From the NCBI RefSeq assembly GCF_001194135.2, contig NC_068982.1, forward strand, positions 133,743,883 to 133,807,882: a stretch of DNA of 64,000 nucleotides, written 5' to 3'. The DNA is from Octopus bimaculoides. Taxonomy: Eukaryota. The notes below the pieces were generated by a model. That model was not told the origin of the DNA and did no database searches. It worked only from the letters and a program-made list of their open reading frames with translations. The position numbers and the translations under genes were made by a program. Positions 13,455-25,853 of the stretch are shown here, one piece after another (the first letter of the stretch is position 1; each line of letters opens with the position of its first letter).

Positions 13455-13754
13455 CAGTGTTTTGCAAAGTGGGTTCTGTAAAATATTTTGAGGTTCTGCA
13501 AAATAAGTTATCTTCTAATAAACTTTGATAAAAATTATATTTTATGAAAATAGCATGGTATTTATATTCCAAATAAGGTATTGTATGTAACTCTCAGATA
13601 ATTTTTGATTCATTTAAAGTCTTTTTTAGAATTAGGATTGCAGAGTTTGTTTGTAAAATATTAGGCAGGAGTTCTACAATTTTTGGTAAATCATATAAGG
13701 GTTCTGTATCAAAATACTTTTGAGGTCCACGAGTCTAAACGATAAAAACAACTG
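13455..13754. mobile_element. hAT-type non-autonomous element
   Basis: Ends CAGTGTTTTGCAAA and AAAAACAACTG resemble the CAGTG(G/T)TT hAT/Charlie TIRs. No clear 8-bp TSD. Confidence 0.4.
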
Positions 13755-15342
13755 TTCTTGAATCAATCATGAAGTTAAAAGTTCCAGTGGTTTCCCAACA
13801 ATACATACTGTAATAGTATATTATTATAGGTAATCTTTTATGTACTGTCTCTGAGAGGAAAAACAGTTTAGGGGGATCTTATTTGGAAAAGTGAATTCAC
13901 GGAATGGTTACTGTAAATGCATTATTTAACAGGTATGGCTTGTGATAAAGAAGATTTGCTTCACAGCTATGTGGTTTTGGGGTAGTCATGCTGTACAGCA
14001 CCTTGGGCCAACAAAAGCCTTGTAAGTGGATCTGATAGATGGAAACTAAAAAAAAAAAAAAAACCATTGGATGTGTGTGTGTGTGTTCTTGACATTACAC
14101 ACTAACTGTAAATGAGTGTTACCATCATACAAGTAGTTTCATTCATCTGCAATCATTCATGAATTCACATCCAGGCATTGTACTGTTCATTTTCGAAAGA
14201 CCAGAGAAAATATTACTTTGCTTGGAAACAAGTTAGTGTTGGCAACATGAAGAACAAAATTTGCCTCATTGAATTTTTATCTATCTCGTACAAGCATGGA
14301 ATAATGCTTGTGTAAAAAATCGTGTTTTTATTCATGAAATTTATGAATGCCAACCTGTTTGCTAACCTATTAGAGTGAAGAAATGTCTGAATGGGCAAAG
14401 CATTGAGTTCAAATCCACTGTGGAATGTTTCTCTCTGTCTTGGGCAAGACTCTCAACTCTGTATTGCCTCAGTTCACTTAACCACACAGAATAGAGTGCA
14501 TCTATGCAAGAGAATCTTTGACTTGTTTTACACCACAGAATCCATAGGTGAGGACCAGATTTCTGGGTATCTGTGATTCACAATAAAGATTAATTAATCT
14601 AGTTTCCTGATTACCTTTTGTCTCCTCATACACCTAAACAGGTTTCCACAAATATAAGATTGTTCTTTTTTCTTATAGAACTCACAAAACACAAATTAAA
14701 ATGTCCATGATTAGCCTTCATTTGTTCAATATCTTAGCTATCTAGTGCGCGCTCTCTCTCTAATTAAATTGATGTGGCAGCTACTTGAGAAATGGCCAGT
14801 GTTTCCAACTAGAGTAGTCGTTACTTCCACCATTCTTTGGACAATTTTTTTTTGTCATTTTTCACAATTTTTTTTTTTAAATGTCTTTTTGATGATGATG
14901 TGTTTGTGTTTGTCTTCTTTTGTGGGTTTTTTATGTGGTTGTTTTGTGTGAGTTTGTGTTTGATAATTTACAGTTAATTGTGTTTTTAATAGATGGTAGT
15001 TCACACTCGATTTCAATAATAACCTCATGATTTATTTAGAATTAGACAATATTGTTGTTGTTGTTGTTTTATACTTTGTCTGGCTCCATGATCAATATCA
15101 CCTTTAATCTCTTTAAAGATTTAGTCTCATCGGTTTGTTTGTATTTTTCCTTCCCTCACCCCCTCCCCAACCATTCTTTATCAAATGATGTATATATAAT
15201 GACTATAAATATTACAAGATGAAAGGCAAAGTCAACCTTGGCAGGGTTTGAACTCAGTACTTAAAGAATCATGACTAAATATTATTGGTTCAGCTGTCTA
15301 CTGTTTCTGCCACTCCACCACATTAATTATGTATGTCAGAAG

Positions 15343-15378
<36 letters not shown>

Positions 15379-15388
15379 NNNNNNNNNN

Positions 15389-15430
<42 letters not shown>

Positions 15431-18420
15431 GGTATGTGTGTGTATATATGTGTGTGACAGTGGTGTTCTATTCAGCCAGAATGTTGACCCACCCTCCTAG
15501 CCAGCAGAGTAGCATCATTCAAAAGCTACAACAATGCGCTTCCTCACATTGTGGCCATCAGTATATAACGACATCTGATAATCTGATTGATACTGTAATA
15601 TATGTGTAAATTCCTCCCTGTAACAATTTTGAGGGGAGAGAGTTAGATATAAACTTAGAATCTATGGAGATGGAACAAATACTGTAAGGTATATTCTGTA
15701 GTTCTCTAAAATGATTCTGCCAACCTGCTGCCCACACACATGCATTTGGCACAGACGTTGCAGCTGTGTGGTTTAGAAATTTGATTCACACTCACATTAT
15801 TTTAGGTTTGATCCCACTGCGTGGTGCCTTAGCCATTTAGCTTCTTCTATAGCCTCGAGTTGCTCGTACATATCTGCTAACTTAATACTTCTGTGTTTGA
15901 AGATTTGTGGAATAAAGTACCTCACTTATAAAGAAGGGTTAGCATCAAGAAGCCCTTCCGGCTGTATAATACAACATAAAGAATTCTTGTCCAGCTCATG
16001 CCAGCATTAAAAAAAAATGAGGTTGATGTGAGCAGTAGTAAGAGTAGTAGCAGTGCTTTCTATTATAGACACAAGGCCTGAAATTTTGGCATGAGGGAGT
16101 TTGTCAATTACATTGAGCCCAGTGCTCATTTGGTTCTTATTTTATTGACCCCGAAAGGATGAAAGTCAATATCAGCCTTAGCAGAATGTGAACTCAGAAT
16201 GTAAAGAGCTGGAAGAACTGCTGCTGCTGATCATCATCGTCATATGTCCATTCTCCATGCTGGTATAGGTTGGATGTTTGACAAGAGCTGGCAGATTCCA
16301 TTTGTCTGTTTTAACATGGTTTCTATGGCTGGATGCTCTTCCTTCTGCTAACCACTTTAGAAAGTGTACTGGGTGCTTTTTACATGGCACCAGCATTAAT
16401 GATTAATAATAACTTCTAACTTGTCTAGGCCATGTTTAAAGGTGAGATATAATCAGGGAATTCTACTTTAGTGCAAAACTCGGACTTTTATTTTATCAAT
16501 TCTAGACTGATGAAAATCAAAGTTAAATCTGGCGGGATTTGAACTTGTAGGGGTTATAGTTCTGAATCAGTGGCATTTTCAGAATGAATCTAAGGTCTGC
16601 AATGAATGGATGGAAATAACAAATCAGATTTTAATATTAATCTTTTGTTTTATTGATCCTGAAAGGATGAAAGACAAAGTTGACTTTAGCAGGATTTGAA
16701 CCTAGAACATTAAGACTCAGAAGAAATACTGCAAGGCATTTTATTTGACACCCTAATGTTATGAGACACAGCCAGAAAGAGAGTACATGACATGCAAGCT
16801 GTATGTATGTTACTCCAATTAGAAAATTTGTTTATTTATAATTACATGCTCAAGCTTGAGTACCAGGAGTTGCCCTCGCTCTAAGTACAGCAAAATGTGT
16901 TCTAATGACACTGCATTTTTTATATTTTTTATGAATTAAACGACATACAATTAATCATATACATGACATGGCACTTTAAGAAATATAAAAGTCTATCGAT
17001 TCCTAAATTTTAGAGATAACAATGTGATTGTATGTTGTGCTTTTCAACCAGATTTTCAACCACTTCCTACATTTTTTTTCTTCAAGTCACAAAATATATT
17101 TATTTATAACTGTGTATAAAATATATTCATTTAAACTGTGTATATAAAATTCTGGTTGTGTAACCAACACCAATATTCAGACCCCTCCCTCCTCTTCCAT
17201 TCTTTTTTGGTCTTCCCACCACCATCGGTGAAAGGGTCATGCAGATTTTCATTTTTGTATTGAGAAATGTTTCGCTATTTGATACAATAATACAACATCA
17301 AAATCAGAATTCTAATATAAAAGTTCTTTCCTCAACCATTTTTCCTTCTTTCTTTCTTACTTTCTTTCTTTTTTTTTTGTTTTGTTTGACAATTCTTCTT
17401 TTCTCCTTTGTATCTATCCAAGTTTTTTTTTGTTATTTAGCTCTTGTTTGATATCGTTTTGTTCCTCTTTACTCTGCTATGTTATCTCATTGTTTGGAAT
17501 CTGTACATTCTCAGCAGCATGTGAAGAACCATTGTAGACACAAGTATATATTTTTTTTTACGATAATAATAATGGTAATGATGATGATGATAATGTAAAT
17601 CAGTTCATCATCATCATCATCATCATCATGCTAATCTTACACTAGTGACTTCTGACTTATTGACGTCAGTAAATTTCATGTAACTTCATGCATTATCAGA
17701 CAGTATTCACCCAATTAGCAGACTTTTCTCAAAGTTGGCAGCGAAATCTTTTCCTGTACTGATCCTCAGGGCAGAATGGTGTGTAAAGGTTAAGGTGCTA
17801 GATTACTAACTACATGGTCACCAGTTCAAACCTTGCAATTATGCCTAGCTCTTCTCCTGAGATTCACTCCCCTATACTATCCTCAAGCAGAGCACATAAC
17901 TTTATAACTCTGCTTTCTTCAACTTTGCCTTGCTCACGTGTTGCCTGTCTTTGTAATTTAGCAGTGATGAAATGGTATCTAGCTTTAAAAAAAATTTTAA
18001 AAATTTCACCAATGTTTAAATTTCCAAATTCATGTTTGAAAAGGAAAAACTTCCGGCTAAATGCTAATGTGGTAAAAAAAAAAAGTAAAAGAATTTCTTC
18101 ATCAGTTCTTAATAATCTTTTATTGGTTTCATACTGCACCTTCACTAAAAAATTTCATATCTAATAACTATAACAGTTTATTTATTTGATGAAGAAATCT
18201 GAGTGTAAGTATGGGATTGTATCACAAATGTTAGAAGAGAAATAACCAACTCATTCTCCCAGATAATAGTAAAATTGAAGAATTGGGAAGATAATTGCAG
18301 TTTTTGTGCCAATTATTCAATCCTAAATTGTTGTTTGGGTGGGAAGTTGTACATTAGTCAGAGAAGGAGAAGCAGAGCCTGTTGTTTTCAGGCCCTCCTA
18401 GATAATTGTGTTTGATATAG

Positions 18421-18569
18421 CTGATGTCCAACCTGAACATGTACAGGATAACACTATGAAAAATATGCCACAGAAGCACAACACCTCAATGAGTAGTAGT
18501 CGTAGTAGTAGTCGTAGTAGGTCTAGAGACCCATTAGATTATAAAGGCATCAGTGAAGCATGGGCATAG
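18421..18569 (+). CDS. Candidate terminal coding exon, phase 1; (A)DVQPEHVQDNTMKNMPQKHNTSMSSSRSSSRSRSRDPLDYKGISEAWA*
   Basis: Acceptor aattgtgtttgatatag|CT. 48 codons open in the frame that continues exon 9988-10050, ending at TAG 18567-18569. AATAAA at 18833-18838. Confidence 0.6.
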
Positions 18570-18751
18570 AGAAAACTAAAAATCTGACGTGAATGTTCTG
18601 TAACAAAGTAAGCTAAAAGCTACCAAGGAAGGGCCAGGAAGTGGTTTTAAAGCAAGCAGCATGTTAGGCTGGGTTTTTATATATTTATAGCTCCTAAAGA
18701 AACAAAAGTATCAGTTTACAAGGTATTAGATAAGAAGCTGAGTGGTCAGAA

Positions 18752-18782
<31 letters not shown>

Positions 18783-18943
18783 TTAATTATATGTATTTCT
18801 TCTATCTTAATGAATAATAATTCTTCGGATAGAATAAATGGGTTAATAGAAACCAATGTAGCAAAGAACACAAAATAACTTTGGTGTTGTTCCTTTTTTT
18901 AAGGCAGGAACTCCTTGAAATTTTGGGTATTTGAGTATATTTA

Positions 18944-19443
18944 AAAATTTAAGGAATAGAGAAAACGCATGTTATAATTGCATACTTTATTCCTACATAT
19001 GTTTCAAAGGATTACAACCTATGTGATCCATAGGGATCTGTGATATTAAAATTGTAACCTTCTCATCATCTTAAACGTAAGACATTATGACCGAGTATGT
19101 AAACAATAGATGGATAAGGTTATGACGTGATTCATTTGAAAAAAAACCGTTAGAGAATTGGATGCTGCCGGATAGTAGGTTGGACAACACATACNNNNNN
19201 NNNNGCTGCCGGATAGTAGGTTGGACAACACATACATATAAATGTGTGAAAACATACATGCATACATAAATACATATACACATACATACATACATACACA
19301 TATATACACATGTATGCTTTCCCTGATGAGAAGGTTACAATTTTAATATCACAGATCCCTATGGATCACATAGGTTGTAATCCTTTGAAACAGATGTAGG
19401 AATAAAGTATGCAATTATAACATGCGTTTTCTCCATCCCTTAA

Positions 19444-19448
<5 letters not shown>
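18944..19448. mobile_element. Fold-back element with ~110-125 bp near-perfect inverted arms, next to (TA)n
   Basis: Arm 18959-19068 is the reverse complement of 19324-19433 with 1 mismatch, and the match extends about 15 bp further with 2 A/G differences. A 10-N gap lies in the spacer. Confidence 0.65.
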
Positions 19449-19485
<37 letters not shown>

Positions 19486-19854
19486 CGGGCTTCTTTCAGT
19501 TTCTGTCTACTAAGTCTACCCACAAGGTTTTGGTCACCCGAGGCTATAGTAGAAGACACTTGCCAGGCCCTGTTACCTTTTGTGTCTGTAGCCAAAGCAG
19601 TACTTAATTCTAAAGTGCTTGGTCTAGTCCACATTGTTGTAATAGATATTGCAAAGTCAGTATAGCATTGTAAATCAGGCAAGTGCTCAGTTAACTCTCA
19701 GCATTATATTTATTTTCTCTTGTGGATATAATAGTGAAGAAGTGGGGTTTACTGGTTCCTCTATGATCTAATGTGCTTTGGGACTTACTACTGAAAGTAA
19801 TCATAGGGGTGATTTTTTTTGTTTTGGCAAATTTTTCATAAAACTTTTCATAAA

Positions 19855-20240
19855 AGGCACAGGTGTGGCTGAATGGTTAAAAAGCTTTGCTTTCAAACCA
19901 CATAGTTTCAGGTTCAGACCCACTGTGCAGCATCTTAGGTAGGTGTCTTCTGCTATATCCCTGGGCCAACTTATACCTTTTAAATGAATTTGCTAGCTAG
20001 AAACTGTGTAGAAGCTTGTCGTGTACATGTATATATGTGTGTTTGTTTGTTCTCCACCATCATTACCACCTGACAATTGGTGTTGGTTTGTTTACAATGC
20101 CTGTAACTTAGTAGTCCAGCAAAAGAGGTCTTTAGAATAAGTACCAGATTTAAAAACAATAAAACTAAATACTGGTGTCGATTTGTTTGACTAAACCCTT
20201 CAAATCTACCATCCAATGACTGAAACACGTAAAAGGTAAA
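19855..20240 (+). mobile_element. Family A SINE, near full length
   Basis: AGGTGTGGCTGAATGGTT (A box), GGTTCAGACCC (B box), CORE-like segment and 3' tail shared with other copies. Confidence 0.8.
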
Positions 20241-21316
20241 CCCACTGTTGGCACCCCTGTTTTTCTTTAGTTACCCATGGAGTGATTTGTTTCCAGCAAC
20301 AACTAAACCATACTACCTCATGTTACTTATTTACAGATAAGCATCTGAGAGTGAAATTTGCCCCAAGACAATGTTGTAGCATTACTAAAAGACAAACCTT
20401 CAACCTAGACAGATAAACCAACCACAGCTTATTTAATCATTCATTCTCCTTATATTACATAAACAAGCTACTGACTGTTGTCTTATATCTAACTCTTTAT
20501 GATACTATATATAGATGCATACATACATACATGCATATATTTTTTTTGTTTTTTGTATTTTATTTCTTTAAAATTATATAAGGCATGTTTTTTTTTATGT
20601 TTTAACTGCATGATCGAACAAATTTTCTTTTCATTTTCTCATCTCCAGTTTTCTCTGAAGAACTCCAAGCTAAATACATTTTCTTTTTGTCATGATCATG
20701 CTTCAAGTTAGACTTTTTATCAAATATTTTTATATTCCAATCTGATGAAATAACAACCACATCACTTACAACAACAACAACAACAACAACAACATCATCA
20801 TCAAACAGCCACAGTTAAAATAACATAATCATTCAAATTCCAGCAGACTTTTGTGTATGTCTACATTTGACAAGAATTAATTCAGTAGAGAATAAAGAAA
20901 AAAATGCTCATAAAACTGTGTGTCAGTATGCCCTAAGGGAGAAGAAAAAAAACGTAACATTTCAAATAATGTTCTGTCTAAAACATTAATTTCCTTCTCC
21001 TCTTGGCTCACCAATAGAACATACTTTATAATTTATTTTATTTAATTAATTTCTCTATTTGTTTTTAGTTTTTATTTTGCAGGTATAATTCTTTTTATAT
21101 TTAAAAATAATAAATATTATTGTTTTGTGTTGCAAATAAAGAATACTGAGATTAGCACAAGTGCAGTGTAAAAGGTTGGGTTGAGAAATTATGTGGAGAT
21201 GAGAGGCAATATCAACCATGGCAGGTTATTGAACTCGGACATTAAGAAGGATAAAAGAGAATGCTGCAAGGCACACTTACACTGGTTCTCTTACATTAGA
21301 GACACTCCACTGCCCA

Positions 21317-21356
<40 letters not shown>

Positions 21357-21357
<1 letters not shown>

Positions 21358-21727
21358 GAGCACTCAAAGAGCGCAAACCTCTGCCAAGGCAACACCAACG
21401 TCCTCTCATCGATTAGCTAGAAATGATTTTTAAAATGAGAATATCTGAAATAAACTTGACTGTTCTCACAAATGAGAATACTAAAAATGAACCCGACCAC
21501 TCTCAAAAACGGAGTAAAAAAAACTGGAAAAATAATCCAGAATCCTTGTCCAGTACTGGATTGATCCCAAAGTCTAATCAGTTCATGCCAGTCATGAATG
21601 AGGCCAAGCATACCTGAAAGTTTCATCTGAATCCATCCAGTGGTTCTTGAGATATTTTGTCCATGGACAAACAAACACAATTGAAAAACATTATTATTAC
21701 CTTCACCTTAGCGAAGGCAGAGGTAAT
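21357..21727 (+). mobile_element. Helentron/HINE-like non-autonomous rolling-circle element
   Basis: 5' subterminal ACCTCTGCC (21377-21385) is the reverse complement of 3' GGCAGAGGT (21716-21724), which is preceded by the hairpin CCTTC-accttagc-GAAGG. Flanked by (ATA)n. This layout is typical of Helentron-derived elements. Confidence 0.55.
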
Positions 21728-21754
21728 GATAATGATAACAATAATAATAAACCA

Positions 21755-22258
21755 TGCAGTGACTCTCATGGCTTCTGATCTTAACTGATAGGAAGTGTTA
21801 TCATGTACGTTGTTTTGTCTTGGTATAAAAGATGGGCTACAGCAAATATTCTGCCTATTACCATAGATTTGCTTGTCAGTTTCTTGACCCTTAGTGGCTG
21901 ACGATATGTGCATCTTTGATCATGTGCAGAAATAGTTGGGGAGCATCATAGCCATGTGTTGAGAGGAATTCTTTGGGGTTTGGATAATTCATCTCTAGAA
22001 ACATGGGTGTGTTGTTCATCATCCTTAAACAACCCTTATTCAGGGACCTCTTGAGCAGAATGGACTACTCAACCTGATGAAAATTCTAACTGGGTCCCAC
22101 CTGCAAGGTCATGCACTGTTTATCTTGATGTAAGGTCACCATGTCACAGACAGGTAGTCATAATGGGTATACTGGGCTTCGTATATTTGTACCCCAGTGT
22201 CACTTTGATGGCATGCACTGCTCTCTCACTCGATGATGATGATGATGATGATGATGAT
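21755..22258. repeat. Unclassified interspersed repeat ending in (GAT)n
   Basis: Its terminal segment CCCCAGTGTCACTTTGATGGCATGCACTGCTC recurs in reverse orientation at about 62990-63028. Confidence 0.5.
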
Positions 22259-22261
22259 ACT

Positions 22262-23915
22262 TTCTATTATAGGCACCATGCCTGAAATTATTTAGTGGGG
22301 TGGGGACTTGTCCATTACATTGACTTCCCCCTCCGCCCAGCTCAACAGATACTTATTTCATCAACCCTCAAAAGGATGAAAGGCAAAGGTAAATCAGCAG
22401 AATTTGAACTCAGAATGTAGAGATGGATGAAATACCACAAAGCAGTTTGTCTGGCAGGGAAACAATTCTGCCAGCTTGCCTTGATAATATAGATGATGAT
22501 GATGATAATTGTTTCAAACTTTAGTGTAAGGCAAGTAACTTTAAGGGGAAGAGGTTTAGTCAATTACATTGACCCCTGTACTTGACTGGTACTTCATTTT
22601 ATTGACCCCGAATTAATGAAAGACAAAGTTGAACTAAGAATTTAAATAGCTGGATGAGATGCTGCTGAACATTTTGTCCAATGATAGTTATTTCTAATAT
22701 AAGCAAAAGGTCTGAAATTTAGGGAGTGGGGTTAGTCAATTACATCAACCCCAGTACTTGACTGGTACTTCATTTTATTGACCCTGAGAAGATGAAAGAC
22801 AAAGTTGACCTCAGTGGAATTTGAACTCAGAATGTAAAACCAGACGAAATACTGCTCAGCATGACTTCTAATTTTAGCACAAGGCTGGCAATTTCAGGAG
22901 TGAGTACAAGTCAATTACATTAATCTCAAGTGATCAACTGGTATTTATTCTATCAACCCCGAAGGGATGAAAGGCAAAGTTGACCTCGGTGGAATTTGAA
23001 CTCAGATGAACAAAATGCCACTAAGTATTTTGCCCAACATGCATTCTGGTATTAATGGCATAGATAATGCCAAGCAAATAAGTCTTGAATTACAAAAATT
23101 TTATTGAAACCTTCAATTTAAATTAATCATTTCCAGTTGGAAGATAGCAATGAAATATTTTACTCAGAAGATAGCAACAAAATATTTTACTTTATAACAA
23201 AATGGAAACTGAATTTTATTAAAAAATAATAATAATAATCCTTTCTACTATAGGCACATGACCTGAAATTTGGTGGGAGGAGGAGGTCAGTCGATTAGAT
23301 CAACCCAGTATGCAACTGGTACTTATTTTATTGACCCCGAAAGGAGGAAAGGCAAATTTGAACCCAGAACGTAAAGACAGGCGAAATACCACTAAGCATT
23401 TCACCCTGCATGCTAATGGTTCTGTCAGCTTGCTGCCTTAAAATAATAATAATAATTTCTTTTTTTATGCTATAGGAGCATGTTTCTGATCTGGGTACAA
23501 GGGAAGCAATTTTGAACTGAAGGAAAGAAGGTGAAGCCACTGACCTCTCACTCCCAGTACTTGACTAGTGTTTCATTTTGTTGACCCAAAAGGACCAACA
23601 GTGAAGTTGAGACTTCAATGAGATTTGAATTCAAAACATAAAGAGTTCGAATAAATACTGCAAGACATTTTGTCTGACACTGATGATTCTACCACCAATC
23701 TACACTCTGACTTAATTATTTCTAACATAGATACAAAGTCAAAAATTTAGTAGAGAAGGGTTGTTAAATCAATCCTGGTACTTGATTAATTTTTAATTTT
23801 ATCAAGCCTGGAGAGATGAAAGATTTCAGTTAACTTGGGTGGGTTTGAATTCAGAACATTAAAAGTCAGACAAATACCTCCAGGCATTTTGTCTGACACT
23901 AACAATTCTGCCAAA
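22262..23915 (-). mobile_element. Head-to-tail array of about 7 family C tRNA-SINEs
   Basis: Repeated minus-strand units containing TTTTATTGACCCC..AAGGATGAAAGGCAAAGTTGACC...GAATTTGAACTCAGAA (B box GAGTTCAAATTC on the minus strand), separated by (ATA/GAT)n. Confidence 0.85.
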
Positions 23916-24937
23916 GCCAATTAAACATTTCTTAGAAGTGCAAGGTCACAAATTTGTCAGGGAGGAGGGTTCAGTGTGCAGACTGAGCTGAGTGACTAAG
24001 AAGATAGCTTTTCACTTCTGTGGTTTCAGGATCGATCTTATCAAGTGACAACCTCGGTAATCAGAGTCTTGTGAGTGAAAGTTGGGAGACAAAAACTGGA
24101 AACCTGTCAGATGGCTATACCTATTCTTGAGTGAAAGACCTAATCTCTCACCTGGTTTAACCTCCACCACCTGATCCTTAGTTACTTTTAGCAGTGTTCA
24201 CCCTAATGCATGCATTCGGATCAGGTCACTAGGCTAATGGTAACTTCTCTTCCTCTCACCAGTCTCAGAAGCCTTAAATAAGGATCATAGATGCTACCTT
24301 ACCTTCTCTAAAAAAGCCATTTCATAAAAGTAACCCCAATAAATATCCGGGGTTAATTTTCTGGACTCTGAGCTGAAATGTAAAATTATCTCACTGAGAT
24401 TTTAAAATCAGAATGTACAGGTATGAAACTAAATACTATAAAGGCACCGATTCTCTCACTCTTGCTCTTAGAATAATCCAATTAACAATAAATATTAAAT
24501 ATTGTCTTTTCTCTTCTGTCTTGTGTAATAACCCTTTTAAAAACCATTCTTACTATTAATGCAATATGTTGTCTTAACCAGGTAGTGGTAATGGTTGTGG
24601 TGACATGATGATGGGGTGGGAGAGCTGAGTACAATGTTCATCTTCATTTTTTATTTTATCATAGCATTAAGTAAATAAGACAAGTTTACTTTTGAATAGG
24701 ATGTCAGTTTTGCTGAAGTAACATTCCCAGATAATTATAGCCCATTCCTATAAGCTAAGTAAAACGGATGAATGAATATTTTCTTCTTCATAGCTAAGAG
24801 TTGGGGGGGGGGGAGCTCAATACAGCCACCACTCCTCGGCACATTCTTAATCTCATGATGTAGCTATACTCTCCATCAGTCTTTGACGTCACCACTCTAT
24901 TCTTTCTCACCTTCAATCCTGTTTTCCTTCCACCCAG

Positions 24938-24967
24938 CTCTTGAGGATATGGGCAGAAGGGTTTCTG
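24938..24967 (+). CDS. Weak candidate cassette exon, 30 nt, phase 1-1; (A)LEDMGRRVS
   Basis: Strong acceptor cctgttttccttccacccag|CT, weak donor CTG|gtcatt. Frame-compatible with the other phase-1 exons. Confidence 0.25.
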
Positions 24968-25821
24968 GTCATTCTATATAACATGAACACACAGTAAAAA
25001 GCTTGTGGTGGATTTGAGCCCAAAAACTCTTGGAGCATGCAAGTAGTTGTTATAGTTGTTGTTGGAGGTGGTGATAGTGTGTTGGTAGTAGCATTTATAA
25101 CTGTAAAAAAGCAAAACAAAAAAACTAGAGACATACTTCAGGTGCATTCTTAACTGGTGTATATATTCTGCAATCCTCTCTAACCATCATCAGCTTACAT
25201 TGATGTGTGTCTACATACATATATGTATGTATGTATCCTTATGCATACTCTGAACTATTTGGTTATCAGTGGCTGTTAAGCAAATAAAATACATTAATAA
25301 AACAAACAGATGACTAGTATTTGGAATCGTCTAGTTAGTTCTTAGATGTATTATAGAGGAGGGGAAAATTGAGGTGGTGGAAAATTGAGGAGGTAGGTTA
25401 TAAACTTGACACCTCACTTGCAACCTCTTAACAGATTTTTTATTAATTAATACCAGATTATGTTGCACAGCCTAACTGCAGTTAAATGAAACCTGGTGAG
25501 AATTAATAGGTGATATTGCCTATTGTGTGTCTCTGTGTTACAAATAAATCCATTAACCTAGTATTTGGTGATATGACTACACTATAACAATAGTTATTTC
25601 TTACAGTTGCCCAATGCCACTAAATTGTCAAGGAAAAAGGGTGCAGTTGACTAAATTCCACCCACAAATTGACTGATTTTGCATTCATTTTTCTGTTAAC
25701 CCTAATAGGATCTGAATTTAGGCTGTAGAGGGATGAAACTAAATACCAAAAGTCATTTAATCTGGCACACTCTATTTTCTGTTAATCTACTAACTTGACA
25801 GTGCTTATAATAATAATGATG

Positions 25822-25853
<32 letters not shown>

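Noticed and set aside
19164-19235. 31-bp direct repeat resembling a CRISPR-like repeat-spacer unit
   Set aside because: There are only two copies, separated by a 10-N gap, so this is an assembly overlap. No CRISPR array is present in the window.
20337-20417. Acceptor ttatttacag followed by (D)KHLRVKFAPRQCCSITKRQTFNLDR*. Similar isolated acceptors or donors at about 11737, 14679, 21082, 26990, 30612, 32341 and 57048
   Set aside because: Each has only one good splice site or no supporting context. Such sites are common by chance in 64 kb of AT-rich intron.
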